This document shows, piece by piece, positions 49,406-58,095 of a stretch of DNA of 64,000 nucleotides. Below the pieces are notes generated by a model, which was not told the origin of the DNA, did no database searches, and was given only the letters and a program-made list of their open reading frames with translations. Origin of the DNA: Candidatus Parcubacteria bacterium (GTDB taxonomy: Bacteria > Patescibacteriota > Minisyncoccia > Phycocordibacterales > UBA5272); assembly GCA_039796775.1 (NCBI GenBank), contig JBDKJD010000004.1:6103-70102 (forward strand), in the 5' to 3' direction. Made by a program: the position numbers and the translations under genes. Each line of letters starts with the position of its first letter. Positions within the stretch are counted from its first letter, which is position 1.

Positions 49406-50489
49406 GCGGTGTATTTTAAAAATAGCTCGAACGGAATTCTGCCCTCGCCGCGCTTTGCGCGGCTCGGGTGTGGCGGAGCAAAAATGAGCGGCTCCGCCGC
49501 GCACACTGACAATTTTAAGTTTTTCTTTGGCGGAATACAAATTCGAGCGTGCGGAGCACGCACAAAATAGTTCTTTACAAAAAGAAGCGCGCCAGAGGTC
49601 CGGTGGACATGGCGCGCGTGGTTGGAAGCGGCGCACAGCTGTGCTTCCGCTAGGCGCTAGGAGAGGGCGCTGGCAAGTCGAGCGACGATCCCGCGATATT
49701 TCACGAGTTCGTTTTTGGGGATTCGACACTCGTTCTCGCCTTCGAGTGCAGCGACGGCGATTTGCGCATTCGGAAACAAACGCACCCACGTCCGCCGTTG
49801 AACCTTCTCGGTGAGCTCGATGATCTGTTTGCCGTCGATGAAGCCACTGGACGAAAACATGTCCTCGTCGGTGAGAACGATCTCGTGGCGAACGGCTTCC
49901 GTGCCGATGTCCTCATCGAAGTAGAGCTTGCCGAACTCCATCTCGCTATCCCACTCGCGGAAGTTGTCCTTGGAGGTCGGCTCCAGTTCGGGGACGAGCG
50001 ACATCATGAGCGCCTGAAGCTCCTTGGCGGTGTACACGCCGCCGGTTTTCGGGGCGATGAAAATCCACGGTGTGGCTCCAGTAGCCGTCCCTGCCTGGTA
50101 GATAGTTCCGCTCCGGCGCGCCGACGATCGTGATGTTCGGATTGTTTTGCAGTGCTTTTCGAACGTGCGTGAGTTTGCTCATCGTGTGGTCCTCCTTTCA
50201 AGGTACAGGGGTTGAATTACCAATCTAAGCGACATGCCTGGATTTCAAATCAAGGTAGCATATTACACAATAAAAGTCAATAGGCGGCAAGATTGCCGAC
50301 TATTGAAAAAACCTTATGAAAAAATTTCTTTTGCCCTTACAAAATATGGTTTGAGCCGATTTGTTTTTAGGTTCTTTGGCAGTTTGGAGTGTGCGCGGCG
50401 GAGCCGCTCATTTTTGCCCCGCCACACCCGAGCCGCGCAAAGCGCGGCGAGGGCAGAATTCCGTTCGAGCTGTTTTTAAAATACACCGC
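49406..50489. mobile_element. 1084-bp unit bounded by 102-bp inverted repeats, GC-rich cargo, no transposase
   Basis: 49406-49507 versus 50388-50489: 2 mismatches by manual comparison. Confidence 0.85.
49657..50182 (-). pseudogene. GC-rich hypothetical gene with frameshift at 50060-50063
   Basis: AAAGGAGG + ATG at 50182, MSKLTH..TVDF; removing one T continues IAPKTGGVYTAKELQ.. Confidence 0.65.
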
Positions 50490-50537
50490 ATATGCATTTA
50501 AAACCACAAGATTCTTTTTCGTGGTTTTAAATGCATA

Positions 50538-50630
50538 TGCGGGCCATATGAGTTAAGTACCCACTAGCTCAAGCATCACAAGGATGTTTTAGTGTCTTTT
50601 CCAGACTCTAAAATATGTATGTGGGTCGCT
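50538..50630. repeat. module-boundary repeat, right half
   Basis: Ungapped similarity to 51375-51453, including gttaagtacccac and aaatatgtatgtRggYcgctat. Confidence 0.8.
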
Positions 50631-50649
50631 ATTACCTTAAGACAAAATA

Positions 50650-51321
50650 CTACATTCCTACAATCTGTATCACTAATACTGCAATCTTTTTCTTGTCTTC
50701 ATCAGACAGAGAAACCTTAGAACCTTCTAGTCTAAAATTAAAATAATCGTCACTAATAAGATATGCACCTATGAATTCAGTCATGTCTTCTAAGGTATTC
50801 ATACTAAGCAGGCCAGTATCTCTGTTTTGTCTATGATATACATTCATATCTGCCAACCCGTTACAAACACCTTTAGTGTTGAGAAATGCATATAACTCTA
50901 GGTATGGGTGAAACTTTTCATCAATCTCATTTGAACCATTCAAGAAGTTAACAAGAGCTTGTTCATATCCTGTTTGATTTTGAAAAACATGAGCAGATTC
51001 ATGAGCCAATTTGATGAGAAGCTGTTCCTTAGCATTATCAACTCCCCAACCAAAACTATCTACACTTTCCCTGCGAAATGGCATAGCGCCGAGAGATATT
51101 TGAGAAGATCCGTCTTCAAGTCTCTTTGCGCTTGATTCAGGACTCGCTTCATTAACTACAAGAGTAGCGTTTACCCTGGAAAGAATTTTACCAACTCGTA
51201 AAGAATTTCTACTATTTTCATCTAGTAACACCTGATCCATAATTGAAGAAAGTCCAGAAAATAATCTTCTTGGCGCAGATTCTTGAGTTTCAGTATTACT
51301 TTTTGATTCTGGTCCTTTCAT
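50650..51321 (-). CDS. HExxH hypothetical protein (module cargo)
   Basis: LAHESAHVFQ ... LEDMTEFIG. Confidence 0.65.
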   Translation of the reverse strand: MKGPESKSNTETQESAPRRLFSGLSSIMDQVLLDENSRNSLRVGKILSRVNATLVVNEASPESSAKRLEDGSSQISLGAMPFRRESVDSFGWGVDNAKEQLLIKLAHESAHVFQNQTGYEQALVNFLNGSNEIDEKFHPYLELYAFLNTKGVCNGLADMNVYHRQNRDTGLLSMNTLEDMTEFIGAYLISDDYFNFRLEGSKVSLSDEDKKKIAVLVIQIVGM

Positions 51322-51325
51322 AAAT

Positions 51326-51453
51326 TATGTATCTAGGTCGCTCCGATACTTTATTCTTATGGCGGAGAGTGTGGGTTAAGTACCCACACGTCTAGACCCC
51401 ATAAAGGTATTTTATCATCTTCTCCAAACTTTGAAATATGTATGTAGGCCGCT
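51326..51453. repeat. complete ~128-bp module-boundary repeat
   Basis: Begins and ends with 17-bp direct repeat (tatgtatctaggtcgct / tatgtatgtaggccgct); contains tggcggagagtgtggg-ttaagta-cccac. Confidence 0.8.
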
Positions 51454-51457
51454 ATGG

Positions 51458-51898
51458 TTATTTGAGAAATTCTTGAACTTTCCAAAGAAAAACAGACTGC
51501 CCACTCTGAATAATATGACCTCTTTCAAGAGGAACCCAGAAGCATTCAAACTTAGTCGGTTCACCTATACCATCATGATCTTCTTGACTAAACCATCTTT
51601 CAGGAAGTTCTTTTGTACTTTTTGCGAGATAAAAATGTCTTTCCTGAATCTCATTTCTGTAGGGAGAAATATCATATTGTGAAGTTCCTAAATACGCAAT
51701 GATTTCAAAGTCTTTTAAGCCTGTTTCTTCTGTAAGTTCTCTTAGTGCAGCAATTTCTAAAGACTCATTTTCTTCTACAGAACCCGCAGGAACTTGTAAG
51801 CCTACTTCTTCATATGAAAAATCTACATGACGAAAAACAAGAAGCTGGTTATTTTGTATTGCGTATACCACAACTTTCTTTTTAATTTGTTTATCCAT
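51458..51898 (-). CDS. NUDIX hydrolase (module cargo)
   Basis: Nudix box GSVEENESLEIAALRELTEETGL. Confidence 0.93.
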   Translation of the reverse strand: MDKQIKKKVVVYAIQNNQLLVFRHVDFSYEEVGLQVPAGSVEENESLEIAALRELTEETGLKDFEIIAYLGTSQYDISPYRNEIQERHFYLAKSTKELPERWFSQEDHDGIGEPTKFECFWVPLERGHIIQSGQSVFLWKVQEFLK

Positions 51899-51904
51899 AT
51901 ATAT

Positions 51905-51948
51905 TAGGTATTCGGGTCTGCTCCGATACTTTTATATTATAGCGGGGG
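51905..51948. repeat. module-boundary repeat, left half
   Basis: taggtattcgggtctgctccgatacttttatattatagcggggg versus 51326-51368. Confidence 0.75.
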
Positions 51949-52114
51949 TCTTCGAGTTAGAACCTTTTGAGAACAAGACCTGTAAGGTTATTTTTAACTA
52001 TTCCAATTTATCACAATTGATGCATCTCGAGCACTGGAAAAAAGTGACAAAAGTGACACTTTTTAACTATATTAATTACACTTAACTGTCACTTTTTAAT
52101 AAAACAACTTAACA

Positions 52115-53074
52115 TTATTTCTTATTGTTTACTTTAAAATATAAGACCTTTTGTTCATACAGTGGTTTAAATATCCCATTTTCATATACAAACCTTGTTT
52201 TCATATACCCAGGAGGACAACATAACCCTGTATCCCACTCTTCCCCTTCTGAAGGAACCCAATGCATATAAAAACCATTATCGCTATCATTCTTAGTAAT
52301 ATCTAACCCTGTAAGTCCCGCATCTGCTGTAAAGATAATTTTATTACCTTTAACTACAATGATTTGATGAGGGCAATGATTACCACCTGTTCCACATAAT
52401 GATATTATAGTTTCATTTTTACCGTCTCCATCTACATCAAACTTTTCAAGCCCTACGATTGTATAACCTTCAGGAATAAAACGATAAGCAAGATCACCAT
52501 ATTCTTTTATTTGATCTTTGTATAACCAATCCCATTCAACCTTTCCATCACTACCAACCTTAAAAATTTCTTTATTTGATTTTACTAATGGTAAATCTTT
52601 AATTTCATTTGAATAATCTTTACTTGATAAAGTTATATCTTTAGTTGGAAAAGATTGATACCCTGTATCTAAAACGGCATAATCCATTTTATTCTTATCC
52701 TCTGGATCACCAGAACCCCAAGCGATATCTTTATCAGAAAAATATTTTAATGGCATACTCATTTCTGGAATTGTTCCAACAACACCAAAAGGAGATTCTT
52801 CACAATTAAATTCTCTTAAGAGTCTTACCCTTTCACTACTGATTTCTTCCTGAGTTGCGTTTGGATGATCTTTTAAGTATGTACTAGACCATTCAGCAAC
52901 AGACATTACATACTCTTCTGAGGAAGAAAATTTATCCGGGCACTTAAAAAATAAATTTTTATCAAATTTATAATAGTAGAACACTGAAAATAAAAACACA
53001 CCTAAAATCAAAAGGAAAAACCATAGAATATACTTTATTATTTGTTTTGATTTTATAATAATAGAAAATTTCAT
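52115..53074 (-). CDS. membrane-anchored Cys-containing surface protein
   Basis: N-terminal TM, DVDGDGKNE Ca-loop, several Cys pairs. Confidence 0.7.
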   Translation of the reverse strand: MKFSIIIKSKQIIKYILWFFLLILGVFLFSVFYYYKFDKNLFFKCPDKFSSSEEYVMSVAEWSSTYLKDHPNATQEEISSERVRLLREFNCEESPFGVVGTIPEMSMPLKYFSDKDIAWGSGDPEDKNKMDYAVLDTGYQSFPTKDITLSSKDYSNEIKDLPLVKSNKEIFKVGSDGKVEWDWLYKDQIKEYGDLAYRFIPEGYTIVGLEKFDVDGDGKNETIISLCGTGGNHCPHQIIVVKGNKIIFTADAGLTGLDITKNDSDNGFYMHWVPSEGEEWDTGLCCPPGYMKTRFVYENGIFKPLYEQKVLYFKVNNKK

Positions 53075-53084
53075 TTATTGATAA

Positions 53085-54011
53085 CTACTCTCTATATGAA
53101 TAAATATCTACCTGGTCATTACCATTTTTACAGAAAGCCTTAACAGAGTAACCACTTCTTGTTCCAACATTTCCAAATATTTCCATATAAGGAATATTTC
53201 CATTTCCATCTGCCCAAGTCCAAATACAAGTATCATAATTTTTTTGAATTTTGTACGGACTACTATTATCAGATCTTTCAATTAAATCCCAATATTTATT
53301 AACTTTTAGATTTGGGTCTATATATACATATCCAAAATCTGAAACACAAAATGAACTACCAGTCTTTGCCCTAATACTATTGATGTTATTAGTTATAACG
53401 TCACCAGAATTCATTTCAATACATGAAATAGAATTACCTTCTGCTGTTACGTCTCTGTATAAAGGAAGGTCTTGCCTTTGTTTTGAGCTATATTTCAAAT
53501 CACAAATTTTTACATCGTGTTCAGTAACACATTTCTCTGAGCTATATTTAACTCTACTTTTTTCATAGACGACATCAGATTGTTTTTTTAAATCAATACC
53601 CCTAGAATCATTTGAATTTGCATACACAGCAAAAGCCCACTGTTCTGAAGTACAGTTACCAGGATAACATCTATAGGCCATAGCAACATTATGACGGTCG
53701 TACCAAGCGTATTGATCGCAACTACTTTGATTACACCCAATATTATCCATTGGAAATATATCGTCCCTAGTCTCAGGTTTCTGGTTATAATCTAAAACCT
53801 GAGAACTATTGCTAGTTTTTGTATAGATATTTACTTGAGTATCCTGTTTGTCACTCTTCAAATAAAAATATCCAACAATAAGAACTACACCAACAATACC
53901 AATAAGCAAGAGTCTAATTCCCCATCCTATAAAAAACCCTAATAATGCCTGACCTGGTTCACTTATAAGTAAAACCCCTATAGCTATTATGATTAGCAGA
54001 AAAATTACCAT
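53085..54011 (-). CDS. membrane-anchored Cys-rich protein
   Basis: Two N-terminal TMs, many Cys. Confidence 0.65.
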   Translation of the reverse strand: MVIFLLIIIAIGVLLISEPGQALLGFFIGWGIRLLLIGIVGVVLIVGYFYLKSDKQDTQVNIYTKTSNSSQVLDYNQKPETRDDIFPMDNIGCNQSSCDQYAWYDRHNVAMAYRCYPGNCTSEQWAFAVYANSNDSRGIDLKKQSDVVYEKSRVKYSSEKCVTEHDVKICDLKYSSKQRQDLPLYRDVTAEGNSISCIEMNSGDVITNNINSIRAKTGSSFCVSDFGYVYIDPNLKVNKYWDLIERSDNSSPYKIQKNYDTCIWTWADGNGNIPYMEIFGNVGTRSGYSVKAFCKNGNDQVDIYSYRE

Positions 54012-54142
54012 GATTTACTTTATATTCTACTCTTATTTACAGATTATTCAATTTATTGCTCAACAAATAAACATCTTACAATGTAATCTTTTTTGGTTCT
54101 GCATAGACTATGCAGAGATTTTGGTTCTGTCATTAATATAAT

Positions 54143-55468
54143 ATGGAACAACAAGAAACATATGGACTAATGGGTAATATGACAATAGCTCCAGTACAAA
54201 AAATGAAGTATGTTTTGTACTCAAGAAAAAGTACGGAATCAGAAGAAAGACAAATTCTTTCTATTGATTCTCAGATTAAGGAAATGCTTAGATTAGCAGA
54301 AAGAGAAAATCTTGAAATAATAGATATTAGAAGAGAGTCTCATTCAGCAAAAGATTCAGGCCAAAGACCTGTATTTAAAGAAATATTAGAGGATATTAAA
54401 CGAGGTAGGTTTAATGGAATACTTGCATGGGATGCTTCTAGAATTAGCAGAAATGCAGGTGATCTAGGCTCTATTGTAGACCTTATGGATCAACAATTAC
54501 TTTTTCAAATACGAACCTATGGACAAACATTTTCAAATTCACCAAATGAAAAGTTTCTCTTGATGATTTTATGTTCTCAAGCAAAATTAGAAAATGACAA
54601 CAAAAGTGTAAATGTTAAGCGAGGATTGCGAACAAGAGTCGAAATGGGTTTATGGCCATGTCCTGCCCCTACTGGATATTTAAAAGAAAATAGAATGGAC
54701 AGAAAATGTCAAACACTTATAGACCCAGACAGAGGACATATTATTAAACAAGTTTTTGAGAAAGTTGCTTACGATAAATGGAGCGGTTTAAAAGTCTATC
54801 ACTGGTTAAAGTTTGATATGAATTTTAAAACAGCAGCAGGTCACAAAAATCTATCATTAGGCAATATTAATCTAATTCTAAAGAATACTTTTTACTACGG
54901 TGAATTTGAATATCCTCGTGGTAGTGGTAACTGGTACAAAGGAAGTCATAAACCATTAATCACTAAAGAACTCTTTGATCTTGTTCAGTCGCAATTATCT
55001 AGACAGGTAACAAGAACTGAATTTAACAGTAAAGAATTTGCTTTTACTAAACTTATGACATGTGGCTTATGTGGATCAGGAATATGTGCTGATGAAAAAA
55101 TAAAGAAGCAGAAAAATGGTAATGTTCACAGATATGTATACTATGGCTGTACTAAAGCCAAAGACAAGAATTGTAAATGTGGTTATACCAACGAAGAAGA
55201 TCTTATAAAACAGTTCCAGGAACTGCTAGATAAAATTGACTTAGACGAGATAGGAATGAAAGAAAAGATACGAACAGAGGTTGAAAGAATTAAGAGCTTT
55301 CAAAAGAGTGTTTTGGGAGATACACGACAAATTAAAATTAAAGATGTCGATATACGAAACTACGCTAAGTATATTTTGAAAGATGGGAAAGATCTAGAAA
55401 AACGAGAATTATTAGGTTGTTTTAAGAGTAAGATTTTATTGAATAATAAACAAATTAGTTTGATTTAA
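54143..55468 (+). CDS. large serine recombinase
   Basis: YSRKST catalytic motif, SAKDSGQRPVF, SRISRN, recombinase domain, CGLCG..C..C zinc ribbon. Confidence 0.95.
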   Translation: MEQQETYGLMGNMTIAPVQKMKYVLYSRKSTESEERQILSIDSQIKEMLRLAERENLEIIDIRRESHSAKDSGQRPVFKEILEDIKRGRFNGILAWDASRISRNAGDLGSIVDLMDQQLLFQIRTYGQTFSNSPNEKFLLMILCSQAKLENDNKSVNVKRGLRTRVEMGLWPCPAPTGYLKENRMDRKCQTLIDPDRGHIIKQVFEKVAYDKWSGLKVYHWLKFDMNFKTAAGHKNLSLGNINLILKNTFYYGEFEYPRGSGNWYKGSHKPLITKELFDLVQSQLSRQVTRTEFNSKEFAFTKLMTCGLCGSGICADEKIKKQKNGNVHRYVYYGCTKAKDKNCKCGYTNEEDLIKQFQELLDKIDLDEIGMKEKIRTEVERIKSFQKSVLGDTRQIKIKDVDIRNYAKYILKDGKDLEKRELLGCFKSKILLNNKQISLI

Positions 55469-56232
55469 AAAGCACACACTGGTATAGGAATATTCATTTT
55501 AAGAATATCTTTAACTATTTCCATTTGATTTTGTCTCTTTTCCCAAAGAGGGTCCCCAGGACTTTCATTTAACGAAATTGTTATCATTGAAACGAGATCT
55601 CTGTGTTCAGCCAAAGCATTGAAAACGAATTTTAATAAATCTTCTTCTTGTAGATCTTTTGGATCATCTCCAGAAAAACCTTCTTCTTTGAAATCAAAAA
55701 AATCTAAATCAATATCTATTACACATTTACCGTTACTTTGCTTTATGCAATCTACTAACCCATAAATATCTGCCAGCTTTTTAAAAAAATGGAAATCTTT
55801 TTCTGGTAACCCAGTATGCCAGTCACCAGTTGAAGAATATATATAATAATGATTGAATACCTTTGCTTTTACGGCAAGATGTACAAAATTATCATATGTT
55901 ATACAAGGTCTCGTTTCTTTTCCTGTCCAAGGATCCCGAAAAGGACATTGCAAACTTTCATAAGTATTAAAATCTTTCAAGTTATCAAAAACGGAGAGAG
56001 CTTGTTCTAGGCACTCTGGCTCACCTAACCCTTCCCATCTACGAGCATCTGTGTGTTCATCTATGTGTATAAGATTGTGTTGTTTATCGGAAATGTTTTC
56101 ACATTGCAACCAACACCATAAAGCCAATCTATGGTTTGCCATTACATAGATATTATCCTCATTCCAAAGAAAAGTATTTTCATAAACCCGTGCGTATTGT
56201 TTTTTACTAGGTTCGATAATAAAAGGTGACAT
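55465..56232 (-). CDS. UPF0489-family (arginase/deacetylase-like) protein
   Basis: YVMANHRLALWCW, LIHIDEHTD, IDIDLDFF, ITISL. Confidence 0.8.
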   Translation of the reverse strand: MSPFIIEPSKKQYARVYENTFLWNEDNIYVMANHRLALWCWLQCENISDKQHNLIHIDEHTDARRWEGLGEPECLEQALSVFDNLKDFNTYESLQCPFRDPWTGKETRPCITYDNFVHLAVKAKVFNHYYIYSSTGDWHTGLPEKDFHFFKKLADIYGLVDCIKQSNGKCVIDIDLDFFDFKEEGFSGDDPKDLQEEDLLKFVFNALAEHRDLVSMITISLNESPGDPLWEKRQNQMEIVKDILKMNIPIPVCAF

Positions 56233-56249
56233 ATGTTTTGTTTAATCAA

Positions 56250-57665
56250 TTAATATTTAGTATCAACATAATAACCATGACGACCATAGCAATTATTCCC
56301 AAATTTATCTTTGTGTGGATTTAATTTTCCATCTTGTTTTGATTTGGTAAACTTTTTATTACAATAACTACATTCGTATATATATTTTGTACTTGAAAAA
56401 CCACCAAATCTCTTAACTCTTGTAATTATCCTAGCTGGTGACTTTGCTGGTTTGTTTGGGTCAAAAAAGTAAGGCTTTTCTGGTTTTTCCCCAGACTTAC
56501 AAAGTTCAATCTGATATTTGGGATCAAATGTTTCTTCAGTGTTTTCTACTGACACCATTCTATCGGCTCTAAAAATTTTAATACTAGGAGAACTAAAACC
56601 ACCTCTTAATTTATAAGCGTATAAATATTCAAATTCAGTACCATCTTCTTTTCTCATATATTTTATTGAATACGGTTCAACAAAACGTTCTTCGCTAATG
56701 CCTTTTTCATTTCTATATTTAATTTTTATCACCTTCTGATCTCTCCCAGCTTTCATAATGGGCACTCTAAAATCTGGAGAAAAATAAATGGACGAGCGGT
56801 AACCGTTATCTGGATAAATTTTGAATAGATTTTCTAAATCTTCTAAAAAGAAAGTTATAGCATCTTCTATATCCAACAAAAATTCTTTAGAACATATGAC
56901 ACTTTTACCCCAAAACTCTCTAAAGTAGTCGAATGGTGTTTTAAGTAATATATCCTTAAGGTTATTAGGGTTTTTCCTAAAAATAGTTTTTTGTATTAAA
57001 ACTTCTACAACTTCTTCTTTATTTAGAGATCCTCCAAGTAATTTAATAGAATAAACGTAATCAAATAAATCGGGAGCATGTTGTCTTTGTAGTAAACATT
57101 TTAGTTTTGTTGCTACAATTTCTTCTAATTTCATACACGAAATTTCACACTGAAGATCGCCACTATCTGAATATGGATGAATTAGTTTAACTTTTTGAAT
57201 TGGTAATATTACTTTATCAAAACGTGTTATGTCCATTGATATTTTAATTTTTATAATATCTGGGTTACCATAAAAATCCTTAAAATAAAGTTTTGCCTCA
57301 TAAACCTTTAAGCCAGTTACAGGTTCTTGTCCTTCTTTAAATTTATCCTTTACCTTGTTGTCATCTTTTGTAAAAACAACACCATTTTTTTCCTGAATAA
57401 AATCACAAACTTTATTAAGTTCTTGAAGTAAAAAATCTGGGTCAACATCATTATGAATACCAAAATCAAGATCGTTCGAATAACGAGTATTTTCAAAATA
57501 TCCTTTTCGTAAAGCATTACCTCCTTTTAAAAAGAAAATATCTTTTAAATTACTAGCAGTAAAAATACCAAATAAAACCCAACCAAAAACATAATCCTTT
57601 TCTACGTGTGTGGGGTTTATTTCAAAATATTTAGCCTTTTCCTCTATTTCTTTCTTATCTATCAT
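56250..57665 (-). CDS. AbiEii-type nucleotidyltransferase fused to WYL domain and C-terminal Zn finger
   Basis: VEKDY, LKGGNALRK..RYSNDLDF, EEIVATKL, DLFD; RFVEPYSI..YLYAY..IFRADRM; CSYC..H..C. Confidence 0.85.
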   Translation of the reverse strand: MIDKKEIEEKAKYFEINPTHVEKDYVFGWVLFGIFTASNLKDIFFLKGGNALRKGYFENTRYSNDLDFGIHNDVDPDFLLQELNKVCDFIQEKNGVVFTKDDNKVKDKFKEGQEPVTGLKVYEAKLYFKDFYGNPDIIKIKISMDITRFDKVILPIQKVKLIHPYSDSGDLQCEISCMKLEEIVATKLKCLLQRQHAPDLFDYVYSIKLLGGSLNKEEVVEVLIQKTIFRKNPNNLKDILLKTPFDYFREFWGKSVICSKEFLLDIEDAITFFLEDLENLFKIYPDNGYRSSIYFSPDFRVPIMKAGRDQKVIKIKYRNEKGISEERFVEPYSIKYMRKEDGTEFEYLYAYKLRGGFSSPSIKIFRADRMVSVENTEETFDPKYQIELCKSGEKPEKPYFFDPNKPAKSPARIITRVKRFGGFSSTKYIYECSYCNKKFTKSKQDGKLNPHKDKFGNNCYGRHGYYVDTKY

Positions 57666-57793
57666 AGATAACTTAATTACAACATAAATAACCATTGAAT
57701 ACTAGAATTTTGAAAAATAAAAACCATCATAATTGATGGTTTTTATTTTCATTTAGTTTTCTATGCTCCTCGAGCACCAGAACCTAAACGACT

Positions 57794-57884
57794 TGGCGGA
57801 GGAGGTGAGATTCGAACTCACGGTCCGGTTACCCAGACTCTTGTTTTCAAGACAAGTGCAATAGACCAACTCTGCCACTCCTCC
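57794..57884 (-). tRNA. tRNA-Ser(TGA)
   Basis: CTTGT-CTTGAAA-ACAAG anticodon arm, long variable arm, encoded GCCA. Confidence 0.96.
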
Positions 57885-58023
57885 GTATTTATTTGTTGCA
57901 TCACTTTATCATATTTTGAAACTAAAAACAATAAATTATGCATAATACTCTCTATAATGACAATCTAACCTAGTAGACTTCACACTAGTAAAAGACATTA
58001 TAATGTGGTAGTATTTTTCCATC

Positions 58024-58095
58024 GCTCTCGTAGTTCAATGGATAGAATGCAAGTTTGCGGTACTTGCGATCTAGGTTCGATTCCTGGCGAGAGCA
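58024..58095 (+). tRNA. tRNA-Arg(GCG)
   Basis: CAAGT-TTGCGGT-ACTTG anticodon arm, GGTTCGATTCC. Confidence 0.93.

Larger units (their letters stand above)
52026..57777. mobile_element. serine-recombinase integrative element (~5.75 kb)
   Basis: Direct repeat ctcgagcac at 52026-52034 and 57769-57777 (15/19 over tgc..gaa); low GC; LSR gene. Confidence 0.6.
48350..57793. mobile_element. tRNA-Ser-anchored composite island / module array
   Basis: Serial tRNA-3'-like scars, serine recombinase, defence-like cargo, GC heterogeneity. Confidence 0.75.

Noticed and set aside
49248-50479. Many overlapping short ORFs
   Set aside because: By-products of GC-rich repeats and a GC-rich gene; only the SD-led frameshifted gene is supported
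50552-51381. GTTAAGT matches the integron core GTTRRRY, suggesting attC sites
   Set aside because: No matching opposite core or attC-like extended palindrome, and no tyrosine integrase in the window
52026-57777. Prophage
   Set aside because: No structural, terminase or replication genes
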